In this document: one piece after another, positions 15,669-25,349 of the stretch
Layout: each line of letters opens with the position of its first letter
Numbering within the stretch: position 1 is the stretch's first letter
Assembly: GCA_035533535.1 (NCBI GenBank)
Contig: DATLTP010000107.1
Coordinates: 1 to 45,459, forward strand
DNA length: 45,459 nucleotides
From: Bacillota bacterium
Lineage (GTDB): Bacteria > Bacillota > Sulfobacillia > RBS10-35 > JAJYVM01
Reading direction: 5' to 3'
Made by a program: the position numbers and the translations under genes
The notes under the pieces: model-generated
Told to the model about the DNA's origin: nothing
Seen by the model: the letters and a program-made list of their open reading frames with translations, nothing else
Databases searched by the model: none

Positions 15669-17474
15669 ATGCCCAGCCTGGGGTCGCTGATCTTCGGCCG
15701 CCGGCTGCGCACGGCGGAAGCGCAGCACGAGCGCCTCTCCGTCTGGACCGGCCTCGTCGTCATGTCCTCGGACGCCATCTCCTCGGTGGCGTGTGCAGCC
15801 GACGAGATCCTCACGGTGCTGGCCGGCGCCGGTGCGCCGCTCCTCTTCGCGCTGCCCGTGGCCGGCGTCATCGTGGCCATGCTGGGCGCATTTCTCATCG
15901 GCTACCTGCGGGTGATCGCCACCCATCCGCAGGGCGGCGGCTCGTTCCTGGTGACCCGGTAGAACCTGGGCGACCTGCCCAGCCTGGTCGCGGTGGCCGC
16001 CCTGCTGACGGACTACACCCTCACGGTTGCGGTCTCCCTGACCGCGGGCGTGCAGAATTTGGCCGCGGCCGTCCCGGCGCTGGCGCCACACATGGTGGTG
16101 CTGGACCTGATCTTCCTGGCTGGCCTGACCGTGGTCAACCTGCGCGGCCTCCGCGAGGCGGGCTCCCTGTTCGCGGTCCCCACATTCGAATTCGTTTTTG
16201 CCGCCTACGTCACGATGGGTGCGGTGGCCTACCGCCTGGTGGTTCAGGGTCATCCGGCGGCGCTGCCGCGGCAGGCGCCGGCGGCCCCGGCCCATGCGAT
16301 GACGCTCTGGATCTTCCTGCTTGGCCTTCAGCAACGGCTCGACCGCTCTGACAGGCATCGAGGCCATCGCCGACGGTGTCCCCGTCTTCCGTACGCCCGC
16401 CACGGTGAACGCCCAGCGCGCCATGGCGGCCATGTGCGCCATCCTGGCTGCCCGCCTCCACCTCCACCCCACCGCCAACCAGACGGTTCTGGTCGACCTG
16501 GCGCGGGCGGCCTTCGGCTCGAGCTGGACCTTCTTCCTGCTGCCGGCCTTCACCATGGCCATCCTGCTCATGGCGGGCAACACGTCGTTCGCGGACTACC
16601 CGCGCCTGTTCTCCTGGCTCGCGCGCTTCCGCTACGCCCCCCGCCAGATGGCCAACCGTGGCGACCGCCTGGCCTTCAACAACGGCATCCTGCTGCTCTC
16701 GGTCGCGGTTGCGGTTCTGATCGTCGCCTTCCACGGGTCGGTTGCGGCCCTGATCCCGCTCTACGCGGTGGGCGTATTCACGGCGATCTGTCTCAGCCAG
16801 ACGTCGATGACCCTGCGCTGGCTGCGCGATCGGGGGCATGGCTGGACCCGCAACGTGCTGGCCAACGGCTTTGGCGCGGTCCTGGCCGGCGTTGGGCTGC
16901 TGGTCACCATCGTCACGAAGTTCACCGAGGGCGCGTGGGCTGTGGTGGCGTTCGTGCCGGTCCTGGTGCTGGTGCTGCGGGGTGTGCACGCCCACTACAG
17001 CCGGGTGGGCATCCGGCTGGCCCCTGCCGACCGACGAGGCGGCCGCGCTTACAGCGGTCTCCCAGTTGGGGCGTGAGATCGAGCTGCCGGCCATCGTGGT
17101 CCCGGTGGGCGGCGTCCATCACGGCCAGTGCGGTGGCCCTGGCGGATCGCCTCGCCGCGGATGTCCGCACCGTCTATTGCGCCGCCGAGCCGGCCGACAC
17201 CACCCGCATGCGCGCGGAGTGGGCACGGCTCTATCCCGGGCGGGAGCTTGTCATTCTGCCCTCGCCGTACCGGTCCATCGTCGAGCCCCTGCGCCAGTAT
17301 GTCCGGGATCTCCGCCGCGAGCAGGCCGGCCGCCCGGTCGTCCTCGTCGTGCCGGAGGTTGTGCCGCGGCAGTGGTGGCAGCACGCCCTGCACAACCAGA
17401 CGGCCCTGTTTCTGAAGGGCGCAGTTCTCTTCGAGCCCGGGGTCTATGTCCTGAGCGTTCCGTACCGGCTCTAA
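15669..17474 (+). pseudogene. APC-superfamily amino-acid permease, disrupted (1 in-frame TAG + about 3 frameshifts)
   Basis: The permease sequence is continuous only if frames are joined. It reads MPSLGSLIFGRRLRTAE...GGGSFLVTR, then TAG (15960-15962), then NLGDLPSLVAVAALLTDYTLTVAVS... Frame shifts occur near 16318-16325, near 17010-17030 and near 17110-17130. The conserved C-terminus is ...SPYRSIVEPLRQYV...PEVVPRQWWQHALHNQTALFLK. Confidence 0.65.
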
Positions 17475-17626
17475 AAGGGGCGCTGATATAGAGGATTCGC
17501 CAGCGCGCATGCACAAGGGGCGGTTGCGCGATGGCCAACCGACCACCACAGGGAGTGTGGCGGTCTGTGCCATCCTCATTAATCAGGCCCTTCGAGGTGG
17601 TTGCGTTGAGTGGGCGGTCCGCAAAA

Positions 17627-18130
17627 TCAGTCCGCGGTCCCGGCCATCTCGGCGAGCTTTTGCACGGTCGCCCAATTGCGTGTGGTGGCGGTGACCCCGA
17701 GCCGTCGCTCGAAGAACGCGTTATGGAGCTTGGTCTCCCCGTAGCCGCCCGGGCAGTGGAGGTAGACCTCGCGGCCGGCCAGGATGAACTCGTCGGGCCC
17801 AGAGTCGGCGGCCGGCGCCTCCCTGGTCGGCTCGGCCGCCAGGAACGTCACGTGCAGCCGCTTGGGGTCCGCCCCCTGCCCAGGGAAGGGGTTGGCCGCC
17901 ACCACGGCCGCCATTTCCTCGGTGGTGCGCAGCAGCACGGGCACGGCCAGAGCCTTCGCCAAGCGGGTGCCGTCGGCGGCCTCGCCGCGGAAGACGACGT
18001 TCCCGCTCTGGATGTACGTGCGCGCCTCCGCAAGGCCAAGGCTCGCGCAGACCGAGCGCAGCTCCTCCATGCGCAGGACCCTGCCCCCGACGTTGACGCC
18101 GCGCAATAGGGCCACATAGGTGGTGGTCAA
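17627..18130 (-). CDS. DUF1697 domain-containing protein
   Basis: MTTTYVALLRGVNVGG....M..L......LG....TYIQSGNVVF: the characteristic DUF1697 N-terminus. 167 aa. Confidence 0.8.
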   Translation of the reverse strand: MTTTYVALLRGVNVGGRVLRMEELRSVCASLGLAEARTYIQSGNVVFRGEAADGTRLAKALAVPVLLRTTEEMAAVVAANPFPGQGADPKRLHVTFLAAEPTREAPAADSGPDEFILAGREVYLHCPGGYGETKLHNAFFERRLGVTATTRNWATVQKLAEMAGTAD

Positions 18131-18214
18131 GGCTCCATCGTCCCCTTCGCTCGGACTCAGGCGTAGGCGCTCAAGTCGGCGCCAGGCGGCAGACTTCGCA
18201 CGTGGGGTTGGCCG

Positions 18215-19615
18215 TCACGTTGTCTCCTCCTCGCGCAGGCCGGCGCAGGCAGCCGCCAGCACCAGCATGACCGCCGCCGGCAGGTCGAAGTGGGCCCCCG
18301 CCTCCGACTGCAGGTAGGCCGCGCCAACGGTGGCCATGGCACCCGCAACCCAGATCAGAAGCCCCCAAGGTGCCGACCGCCGGGCCGGGGAACCTGCGGC
18401 CAACAGGTAAAGCGCCGCGCCGAGGAGGAGCAGGGCCGCCATGAGCGGCAGGAACCCGAACGCGGGCACCGGGACCCGGCAGCACCCGGCGGGCAGCGCG
18501 GCCAGGTCGGCCACCAGCGGCTCAGGCTGCGGGATGCCGAGGCCGGTATGCGGGTTCCATGGCCCCCCGGCCTCCGTTTGCAGAAAGGCGCTCGGATCCT
18601 GGCGTGCCACCGCATACAGGGCGGCCGGCGCCGGGACCGCCAGGGGGGGCAGGCCGCGGCCCGCCCGCAGCTGGTCGGCCAGGGCCCATAGGGCCGCCCA
18701 CTCCGGCGTCGCGGCGCTGGTGCCCTCCATGTCGACCCAGCCGCGCACGTAGGTGACCAGTCCCGGCGCGCCCGCCAGCCAGGCCACATCCGGCACGCCG
18801 CGCCAGCGCGACGGAGCCGGGCTCTGCCAGGCCGGCCGCGACGCCACCCAGTCCGCATAGCCGCCGCCGCTGAAGGTCCATGCCCCCCAGCCGCCGCCGG
18901 GCGAAGCGGCCACCCCGCCCACGGCTGCCACACCTGGCATCAGGGCCGGTAGCCCGAGTCCCTGGCCGCCGTCGCCCGTGCTGACGAAGGTGGGGTAGTC
19001 CTGGATCGGCGCCCATCCCAGGCTGAAGCCGATGCGGGCCGAGGCCACCGCCCACGGCCCGGCGGCGACTGCCGACACGGAGACCACGTCGGGCCGGAAG
19101 TCCGCCAATGCCTTGCGCAGCTGCGCCTCGCCCGTACTGAGCCCGGGTATAACCCAGATGATGACCCCGAGGGTGGCGCCAGGGGCCAGGGCGTGCGCCC
19201 ACTCGACGTCCAGCATGGTTTCATCGGCCGCCCGCCGTGGCGGCAGGGTGCCGACGCTGGCGTTGATGACCTCCACGTGCGGCGCGGGGAGCCCGAACGC
19301 CTGGTCGAACTGCTGCAGCGCCGCCGGGTCGAAGCCGTTTTCGATCTCGACGAGCGCAATGCGCTCGCCATTCCCGTCCGGTTGCGACGGGACCCCGAAG
19401 GCGCTGCGGAACCGGGCGGGGGTCATGGCGTCGGGAAAGATCCGGAGGAGCGCCGCGAGATCGGCTGGGCCGGGCACCGAGGTGCCCGGTGGCGAGCCGG
19501 CGTGGACTGGCACCCGGTTGGCGAAGTCGAAGCCCGCTGGCGGCAGAAGGGCGGCAACCGCGCAGAGCACCAGCAGGGCCCGCAGTCCCAAGCGCCAGGG
19601 CTTCGCGCCGACCAC
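18215..19615 (-). CDS. S53 (sedolisin/kumamolisin-like) serine peptidase with signal peptide and C-terminal TM helices
   Basis: GTSAATPEWAALWAL serine motif. N-terminal hydrophobic LGLRALLVLCAVAALL. Two hydrophobic helices at the C-terminus. GTG 19615 is chosen as start because the longer ORF (to 20125) is antisense to the phosphatase gene. Confidence 0.6.
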   Translation of the reverse strand: MVGAKPWRLGLRALLVLCAVAALLPPAGFDFANRVPVHAGSPPGTSVPGPADLAALLRIFPDAMTPARFRSAFGVPSQPDGNGERIALVEIENGFDPAALQQFDQAFGLPAPHVEVINASVGTLPPRRAADETMLDVEWAHALAPGATLGVIIWVIPGLSTGEAQLRKALADFRPDVVSVSAVAAGPWAVASARIGFSLGWAPIQDYPTFVSTGDGGQGLGLPALMPGVAAVGGVAASPGGGWGAWTFSGGGYADWVASRPAWQSPAPSRWRGVPDVAWLAGAPGLVTYVRGWVDMEGTSAATPEWAALWALADQLRAGRGLPPLAVPAPAALYAVARQDPSAFLQTEAGGPWNPHTGLGIPQPEPLVADLAALPAGCCRVPVPAFGFLPLMAALLLLGAALYLLAAGSPARRSAPWGLLIWVAGAMATVGAAYLQSEAGAHFDLPAAVMLVLAAACAGLREEETT

Positions 19616-19681
19616 CTCAGGCTCACCACTTCGCCACCGCAGGCGAGGAACCCCCGCAACCGCGGCGAATGCTCCGGGCGC

Positions 19682-20206
19682 ATGGTCGAGATAATTTTTG
19701 AAACGCACGCGAGCACGACGGACAACGAGCAGGGGATCGCGACCGGCTGGCTGCCGGGCGAGCTCTCGCCCGCTGGCCGCGAGCAGGCCGTGGCCCTCGG
19801 CCAGCGCCGCGGGCGCTGGGCCGAAGTGGTGTTCACGTCTGACCTGCGGCGGGCCGTGCAGACCGCGGAGATCGCCTTCGCCGGGATGGTGATCCCCATT
19901 GTCCGGGACCCACGGCTGCGCGAATGCGACTACGGCGACCTGAACGGGTCGGACACCGCAAGTCTGCCCCGGCTGCGGCACATCGACGTGCCCTTCCCGA
20001 ACGGGGAGAGCTACCGCCAGGTGGTGGCGCGCGTGGGCGAGTTCCTCGTTGACCTGGGCGCCGCTTGGGAGGGCCGCCGCCTCGTGGTGATCGGACACAC
20101 TGCGACACGCTGGGCCATCGAACACCTGCTATTGGGCCGCGACCTCGCCGAGGCCGTGGCCGCGCCATTTGCCTGGCAGCCGGGCTGGGCCTTCCGCCTG
20201 CCGTGA
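19682..20206 (+). CDS. histidine phosphatase family protein (phosphoglycerate-mutase-like)
   Basis: N-terminal ETHAST (RHG-like), ...FTSDLRRAVQTAEI..., ...VVIGHTATRWAI... Confidence 0.75.
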   Translation: MVEIIFETHASTTDNEQGIATGWLPGELSPAGREQAVALGQRRGRWAEVVFTSDLRRAVQTAEIAFAGMVIPIVRDPRLRECDYGDLNGSDTASLPRLRHIDVPFPNGESYRQVVARVGEFLVDLGAAWEGRRLVVIGHTATRWAIEHLLLGRDLAEAVAAPFAWQPGWAFRLP

Positions 20207-21387
20207 GCCTTCACTTTCAGGCCCGCCCCCCACGTGCAGTGCCTCTGCCGTTCTTCGCGATGGGTCTCGCTGGCCTCCTGGCCACGCCGCTGGTGGCCCT
20301 GATCGACCCCGCCGTGGCGCTGAGCGACCACCCGGGCCCCGCCGGCCTTCTGTTTCTGCACCTCATCACCCTGGGGTTCCTGGCGCCGGTTATGATCGGC
20401 GCTTACTACCAACTGGTGCCCGTGGTGCTGGGGGCGCCCATCCGGCGGCCAGGCTGGGCACGGGTAATCTTCGCGGCCCTGGTTGCAGGCGTGTTCGTCT
20501 TCCTCTTGGGGTGGGGGGTGCGGTCGCCCGCGGCGATCGGCTGGGGTGGGCTGCTGACCGGCCTGGCGCTCTGGGGCTTTGTCGTGCACGTGGGCGCATC
20601 CCTTGTCCGCGTCCGGCGGCTGACCCCGACGGCGCTGGCCTTTGCGCTGGCCCTGGCTGCGCTGGCAGCCGTCGGGGTGCTGGGGCCCCTGCTGGCCCTG
20701 CGGATTGGCGCCGGCCTGCTGCCTGCGCACGTGGCCGCGGGCCTTGGCGGGTGGCTGCTGCTGACCATCATTGGGGCGACCTACCAGCTGGTGCCCTTCT
20801 TTGCCGCGGCAGCAGCACCCCCACGGTTCGGTATCGCGGCCGTCGTCCTGGTGGCCGTGGGGACCGTGGCGGCCGCCTTGGGTGCTGGAGTGTGGGTCGG
20901 TCTGGCCGGCTTGGCGCTGTGGGCCGCGGACCTGGTGCGCTTTGCGCGCAGTGGCCGCCAGACGCGGCGCGAGCCGGTCGTCCTCTATACGCTGGCGGCA
21001 GCCGGCCTGTTGATTCTGGCCGCTGCCGGCATCCAGACCGGCCTCCCGGCGCGGGTTCTGGTCCTGGCCGGCCTGCTGGCGGGCCCGGCCCTGATGGTCA
21101 TGGGCCAGCTGCAGAAGATCCTGCCGTTTCTGGCAGCGCTAGATGCTCCGCCCGGAGCCCGGCCGAAGACGGAGCAGCTGTTCAGCCGCCAGGCCGCCGC
21201 CCGCCTCCTGCCCCTGGCGGCGGCGGGCCTGCTGGGCCTCGCCGTGGCTTCCGGCTTCGCCTCCGCGCTGGGCGTCCGGCTGGCGGCGACGGTGGCGACC
21301 GCCGCCATCGCCGCCTACCTGCTGCAGCAGCGGCCCGCCGTCACATCACGCTCCAGCCGGCGTCCGCCACCAGCGCGCAGCCGTTGA
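20203..21387 (+). CDS. polytopic integral membrane protein, function unknown
   Basis: About 394 aa and almost entirely hydrophobic, with roughly 10-12 predicted helices by eye. The GTG start overlaps the upstream stop (GTGA). Confidence 0.6.
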   Translation: MSLHFQARPPRAVPLPFFAMGLAGLLATPLVALIDPAVALSDHPGPAGLLFLHLITLGFLAPVMIGAYYQLVPVVLGAPIRRPGWARVIFAALVAGVFVFLLGWGVRSPAAIGWGGLLTGLALWGFVVHVGASLVRVRRLTPTALAFALALAALAAVGVLGPLLALRIGAGLLPAHVAAGLGGWLLLTIIGATYQLVPFFAAAAAPPRFGIAAVVLVAVGTVAAALGAGVWVGLAGLALWAADLVRFARSGRQTRREPVVLYTLAAAGLLILAAAGIQTGLPARVLVLAGLLAGPALMVMGQLQKILPFLAALDAPPGARPKTEQLFSRQAAARLLPLAAAGLLGLAVASGFASALGVRLAATVATAAIAAYLLQQRPAVTSRSSRRPPPARSR

Positions 21388-22099
21388 CGAAGCTGGAGTC
21401 GTCCGAGGCCAGGAACAGGGCGATGCGGGCCAGCTCCTCCGGCTCTGCCGCCCGCGGGTTGGTCTCGGCCAGCTTCATCAGCTTGGCCGCCGCCTCCGCA
21501 TGGGGCTCGCCGCCGAGGCCGATGGCCGTGTTGACGCCGCCGGGGCAGATGGCGTTGCAGCGGATGCCCTGGGTCGCGTAGTATGCGGCGATGTTCTTGG
21601 TCAGGCCGATCAGGCCGTGCTTGGATGTCGTGTAGGCCGCGCCGGCCACGCCGCCGCGAATGCCGCCGATCGAAGCCGTGTTGATGATCACGCCGCCGCC
21701 CTGGCGCAGCATGGCCGGCAGGGCCTTGCGGCAGGCGTAGAACGGGCCGTTGAGGTTGATCCCCAAGACGCGGTCCCAGACCTCATCCGGGCAGTCGGCC
21801 GCCGGGAGCACGCGGTCCATGACGCCTGCGTTGTTGAAGAGGACGTCCAGCCGCCCGTAGGCGGCAACGGCGGCGTCAACCATCCGCGCAACATCCGCGA
21901 CCTGGGAGACATCCGCCACCACCGCCGTACCCGTGCCGCCCCGGCTCCGGATCTCGCCCAGCGCCGCCTCGATGCCGTTCGGCACGACATCGACCAGCAC
22001 GACCCTCGCGCCCTCGGCCGCGAACAGCACGGCCGTGGCCCGTCCGATCCCCGAGCCCGCGCCCGTGATCAGGGCGACCTTGTCCTGCAGCTTTCCCAT
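21341..22099 (-). CDS. SDR-family oxidoreductase
   Basis: MGKLQDKVALITGAGSGIGRA (TGxxxGxG), NNAG, and YTTSK (YxxxK). ATG 22099 is preceded by GGGGTGGGAT. Confidence 0.9.
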   Translation of the reverse strand: MGKLQDKVALITGAGSGIGRATAVLFAAEGARVVLVDVVPNGIEAALGEIRSRGGTGTAVVADVSQVADVARMVDAAVAAYGRLDVLFNNAGVMDRVLPAADCPDEVWDRVLGINLNGPFYACRKALPAMLRQGGGVIINTASIGGIRGGVAGAAYTTSKHGLIGLTKNIAAYYATQGIRCNAICPGGVNTAIGLGGEPHAEAAAKLMKLAETNPRAAEPEELARIALFLASDDSSFVNGCALVADAGWSVM

Positions 22100-22230
22100 G
22101 ATCCCACCCCCACTGAGGAGGGTAGCCCCCGCCAAGCCGCCTCCAACACGGCCGACCGGTCCGCAGACGTCGTGCCGTCAGGCCGTCCGGACGATGGCGA
22201 ATGGGTTGGGGCGAAGGCGTAGGGGTGCGC

Positions 22231-23151
22231 TCAGCCGATGAAGCGGCCGATGCCGAATAGCGCCGCGAAGGCGACCAGCAGAACCGCGGTCTGACCCAGG
22301 ACCGGGTTCAGTTCGGCGCCCCGGCGCCGACGGACGGACCGCACCATACCGATGGCCGCCGGCAGGGTGAGCCACGGTAGCCAGAACCAGCCCGTCCGGT
22401 CGAACAGCGGCAGCGCCTCCGCCAGCAGCAGCAGCAGGGCGTAGTGCACGCGGGTGGCCCCGGGCCCCATGACCACGGCCAGCGTGTTGCGCGCCGCCAC
22501 GCGGTCATGTTCGATGTCGCGCAGGTTGTTCACGACCAGGACCGCATCGGCCAGCAGCCCGACGGCGATCGCCGCCGCCAGCGCATCGATGCCGAGGCCC
22601 CGGCCCTGGGCATAGACGGTTCCGAGCACGGCGGCGACGCCGAAGAAGGCGAAGACGAACGCGTCGCCCAGGCCGTGCGCGCCGTAGGGCCACGGCCCGT
22701 TGCTGTATAGGACCGCGGCGGCGATGGCGAGCAGGCAGACCACGGGGATGGCTGGCCCGCTGGCGGCGCCCATGACCAGCGCGCCGGCCTCCGCCGCCGC
22801 AAAGGTGATGGCAGCGCCCCAGGCCACCGTGCCCGGCGGCAGGAGCCCCGCTTGCGTCACGCGCGTCGGCCCGATGCGCTCGCTGCGGTCGACGCCGCGC
22901 AGGAAGTCGCCCACATCATTGGCCAGGTTGGCGCCGATCTGCAGGAGAAGGGCGGTCACCAGGGTCACGGCCACCAGGCCCGCGTTCAGCGGCCCGCCCG
23001 CGTGGGCAACGCCGATGCCGGCCAGCACAGGCGCCACCGCTACGGGCAGCGTCTTCGGCCGCGACGCGAGCATCCATACCCGCCATCCCGGCGCCCTGCC
23101 GGACCGCCGTACCCGCACCGGGGCCCCCACACGCTCCTGGGCCGTCGACAC
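22231..23151 (-). CDS. menA: 1,4-dihydroxy-2-naphthoate polyprenyltransferase
   Basis: UbiA-fold motifs: ARPKTLP, NLANDVGDFLRGVD, NNLRDIEHD. GTG 23151 lies 6 nt after AAGGAGG. Confidence 0.8.
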   Translation of the reverse strand: MSTAQERVGAPVRVRRSGRAPGWRVWMLASRPKTLPVAVAPVLAGIGVAHAGGPLNAGLVAVTLVTALLLQIGANLANDVGDFLRGVDRSERIGPTRVTQAGLLPPGTVAWGAAITFAAAEAGALVMGAASGPAIPVVCLLAIAAAVLYSNGPWPYGAHGLGDAFVFAFFGVAAVLGTVYAQGRGLGIDALAAAIAVGLLADAVLVVNNLRDIEHDRVAARNTLAVVMGPGATRVHYALLLLLAEALPLFDRTGWFWLPWLTLPAAIGMVRSVRRRRGAELNPVLGQTAVLLVAFAALFGIGRFIG

Positions 23152-23168
23152 AACGCGCCTCCTTGAAC

Positions 23169-23289
23169 CCGCATCCGCGTAGGCATCCGCCCGCTCGGAA
23201 CCTGCACTCCGCATCCGCGCGAGCATCCGCCCGCTTGGCCCCTGCACTCCGCAATCCGCGCGGGCATCCGCCCGCTCGGCCCCTGAACT
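23169..23289. repeat. three tandem 40-41 bp repeats in the menA/rph divergent intergenic region
   Basis: The unit is CCGCATCCGCG..GCATCCGCCCGCT.GG..CCTG.ACT. Copies are at 23169-23208, 23209-23248 and 23249-23289, and a partial fourth copy starts with CCGC. Confidence 0.8.
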
Positions 23290-23415
23290 CCGCGCTGGTG
23301 GCACCCACGCGGATCCCCGTGACAAACCCTCTCCCAGTTATACACGGTCCGCCGCCTTGCGGCGCACAGGCTCGGAACGCCAAAATACGGGGAGACATCG
23401 AGGTGATCGTCCCTC

Positions 23416-24159
23416 ATGCGACCAAACGATCGGCCCGCCCATGCGCCGCGCTCGACCTCGCTGCAGCGCGGCGTCCTCAAGTTCGCCGAGGGCTCCGCGC
23501 TCATCGAGTGCGGCGACACCCGCGTACTCTGCGCCGCCAGCGTTGAAAACGGCGTGCCCCCGTTCCTCAGGGGCACCGGCCAGGGCTGGGTGACCGCCGA
23601 ATACGGGATGCTCCCGCGCAGCACCCAGCAGCGCACCCCCCGCGAGGCCAGCCGCGGCAAGCAGGGCGGCCGCACCGTCGAGATTCAGCGCCTGATCGGG
23701 CGCAGCCTGCGGGCCGTGGTCGACACCGGCGCCCTCGGCGAGCGCACCGTCTGGATCGACTGCGACGTGCTCCAGGCCGACGGCGGCACCCGCACGGCCA
23801 GCGTGACCGGCGCCTTCGTGGCCCTCCTCGATGCCCTGGAGAAGCTGCGGGCCCGGGGCGACATCGCGCGCCTGCCGCTCACGGAGTTCCTGGCCGCAAC
23901 CAGCGTTGGAATCGTGGAGGGCCAGGCTGTGCTCGACCTGGAGTACGCCGAGGATTCGCGCGCCGACGTGGACATGAACGTGGTCGCCACGGCCGGCGGC
24001 CGCCTCGTCGAAGTTCAGGGCACCGCCGAGCGCAACCCGTTCTCCCGAGCGCAGCTGAACGACCTGCTCGACCTCGCCCAGGACGGCATTGCCCAGCTGG
24101 TCGCCATGCAGCGGGCGGCAGTGGGGGAGGAGATCGCGGCCCGCGTCGGCCATGCCTGA
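23416..24159 (+). CDS. rph: ribonuclease PH
   Basis: RPNDRP..........L.FAEGS.LIE.GDT.VLC...........GWVTAEY.MLP.ST..R..RE...[16 protein letters not shown]...: canonical RNase PH. Confidence 0.95.
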   Translation: MRPNDRPAHAPRSTSLQRGVLKFAEGSALIECGDTRVLCAASVENGVPPFLRGTGQGWVTAEYGMLPRSTQQRTPREASRGKQGGRTVEIQRLIGRSLRAVVDTGALGERTVWIDCDVLQADGGTRTASVTGAFVALLDALEKLRARGDIARLPLTEFLAATSVGIVEGQAVLDLEYAEDSRADVDMNVVATAGGRLVEVQGTAERNPFSRAQLNDLLDLAQDGIAQLVAMQRAAVGEEIAARVGHA

Positions 24160-24730
24160 TCGGCTGGTGATCGCTACCCGCAACCCGGGCAAGCTGGCCG
24201 AGTTCGCCCGCCTGCTTGCCGGGACCGGCTGGATCGCGGAGTCCCTGCCGGCGGGCCTGCCGCCCGTCCGCGAGGACGGCGCCACCTACGCCGAGAACGC
24301 CGCGGCGAAGGCCCGCGCCGCCGCGGAGGCCACGGGGCTGCCTGCCCTCGCGGATGACTCCGGCATCGAGGTCGACGCCCTGGGCGGCTTCCCCGGCATC
24401 CGCTCCGCGCGCTGGACCGAGGGCGACGGCCCCACGGAGCTGCTGCTGCGTAGCCGCGACGTTCCACCGGAACGACGGTCGGCGCGCATGCGCGCCGCGA
24501 TTGCGCTGGCCTGGCCCGATGGGCGCCTCGTGCTGGCCGAGGGCAGCGTGGAGGGGCGTCTGGCCCCCGCGCCCCGTGGCGCCCAGGGCTTTGGCTATGA
24601 CGTCATCTTCGAGCTGCCTGATGGCCGCACCCTGGCCGAGGTCGCTGACGAGTGCAAGGACCGCATCGCTCACCGCGGGCGCGCCATGCGCGCCCTACTG
24701 CAGGCCCGCCCGCAGGGTCTCCAGGGCTGA
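24152..24730 (+). CDS. rdgB: dITP/XTP pyrophosphatase (Ham1/RdgB family)
   Basis: [16 protein letters not shown], ...EDG.TY.ENA..KA, ...DDSG.EVDAL.G.PG..SAR, ...GFGYD..F. The start overlaps the end of rph. Confidence 0.85.
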   Translation: MPDRLVIATRNPGKLAEFARLLAGTGWIAESLPAGLPPVREDGATYAENAAAKARAAAEATGLPALADDSGIEVDALGGFPGIRSARWTEGDGPTELLLRSRDVPPERRSARMRAAIALAWPDGRLVLAEGSVEGRLAPAPRGAQGFGYDVIFELPDGRTLAEVADECKDRIAHRGRAMRALLQARPQGLQG

Positions 24731-25306
24731 GGTCAGCCCCGTGCCATCCGGGTCGGCCACTGGATCGTAGCCGACCACGCTGAGGGCAGCCAGCTGTCCG
24801 GTTGCGCGGGCCGCCCGCAGCGACGCCGCAATGTCCTGGCCGCTTGCCAGGTCCACGTGGACGGCCAGCGGGCCAGACGTGTGCTCCAGCCAGTCCAAGA
24901 AGCCGCCGCCCGTGCAGACGGCGGCTTCCGGCAGCGGATTGCGCACCAGGCCGTCATACGCCTCGCCGCGGAGCGCCGCCAGCCCAGGCCCCGGCTCGCC
25001 GAGCCAAAGCAGGCGCTCCGCCAACGCGCCGGCGGCCATGCCGGGGGCGGCGGCCGAGTCCCCAGCCAGCACCAGGGGTGTGTGTCCCGCGCGGCGCACG
25101 GCCGCGACCTCCTGCTGCAAGCGCCCGCTGACGCGGCTCCAGCAGCCGAGGGTGCCGGTGCTTCAGGTGGGGGTGGGCACGAAGGAGCGGCCAAAGAGCG
25201 GCAGCCCGCCCTCCGCCAGCCGCGCGGCCAGGGCCACGGGCCCGTAGGCGGCGGTTTCGGCGCCAGGCAGGGTGAAGCGGATGACGACGGCGAGGTAGGA
25301 CGCGAT
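24695..25306 (-). pseudogene. arginase/ureohydrolase-fold-like gene with in-frame TGA and no canonical start
   Basis: A single frame reads IASYLAVVIRFTLPGAETAAYGPVALAARL...FVPTPT, then TGA (25165-25163), then STGTLGCW...PLVLAGDSA...HVDLASGQD...VVGYDPVADPDG. The layout resembles the arginase fold, but the metal-ligand motifs (GGDHS, DAHxD) are not conserved. Two TGA codons lie immediately upstream of codon 1. Confidence 0.4.
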
Positions 25307-25349
25307 TCAGAGTCACCCTCCCGCCTGCTTCCGCAGCATGATCGGCCGC

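Noticed and set aside
14928-16583. 551-aa minus-strand ORF as a single large gene
   Set aside because: Its first roughly 330 codons are antisense to the APC permease and have the R/H/Q/G-rich composition of a GC-rich shadow frame. Only the last roughly 220 codons (gene F) look coding.
7690-17600. Direct repeat of the ssrA 3' end marking an att site for an island
   Set aside because: I scanned for CTCCACCA and T-arm-like copies downstream. The only partial match (ACCTCCACCCCA near 16458) lies inside conserved permease coding sequence. No integrase was seen.
25163-25165. Selenocysteine at the in-frame TGA of the arginase-fold gene
   Set aside because: No convincing SECIS-like hairpin could be singled out from the generally GC-rich sequence, arginase-fold proteins are not known selenoproteins, and the gene also lacks a start codon. 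A pseudogene is the simpler reading.
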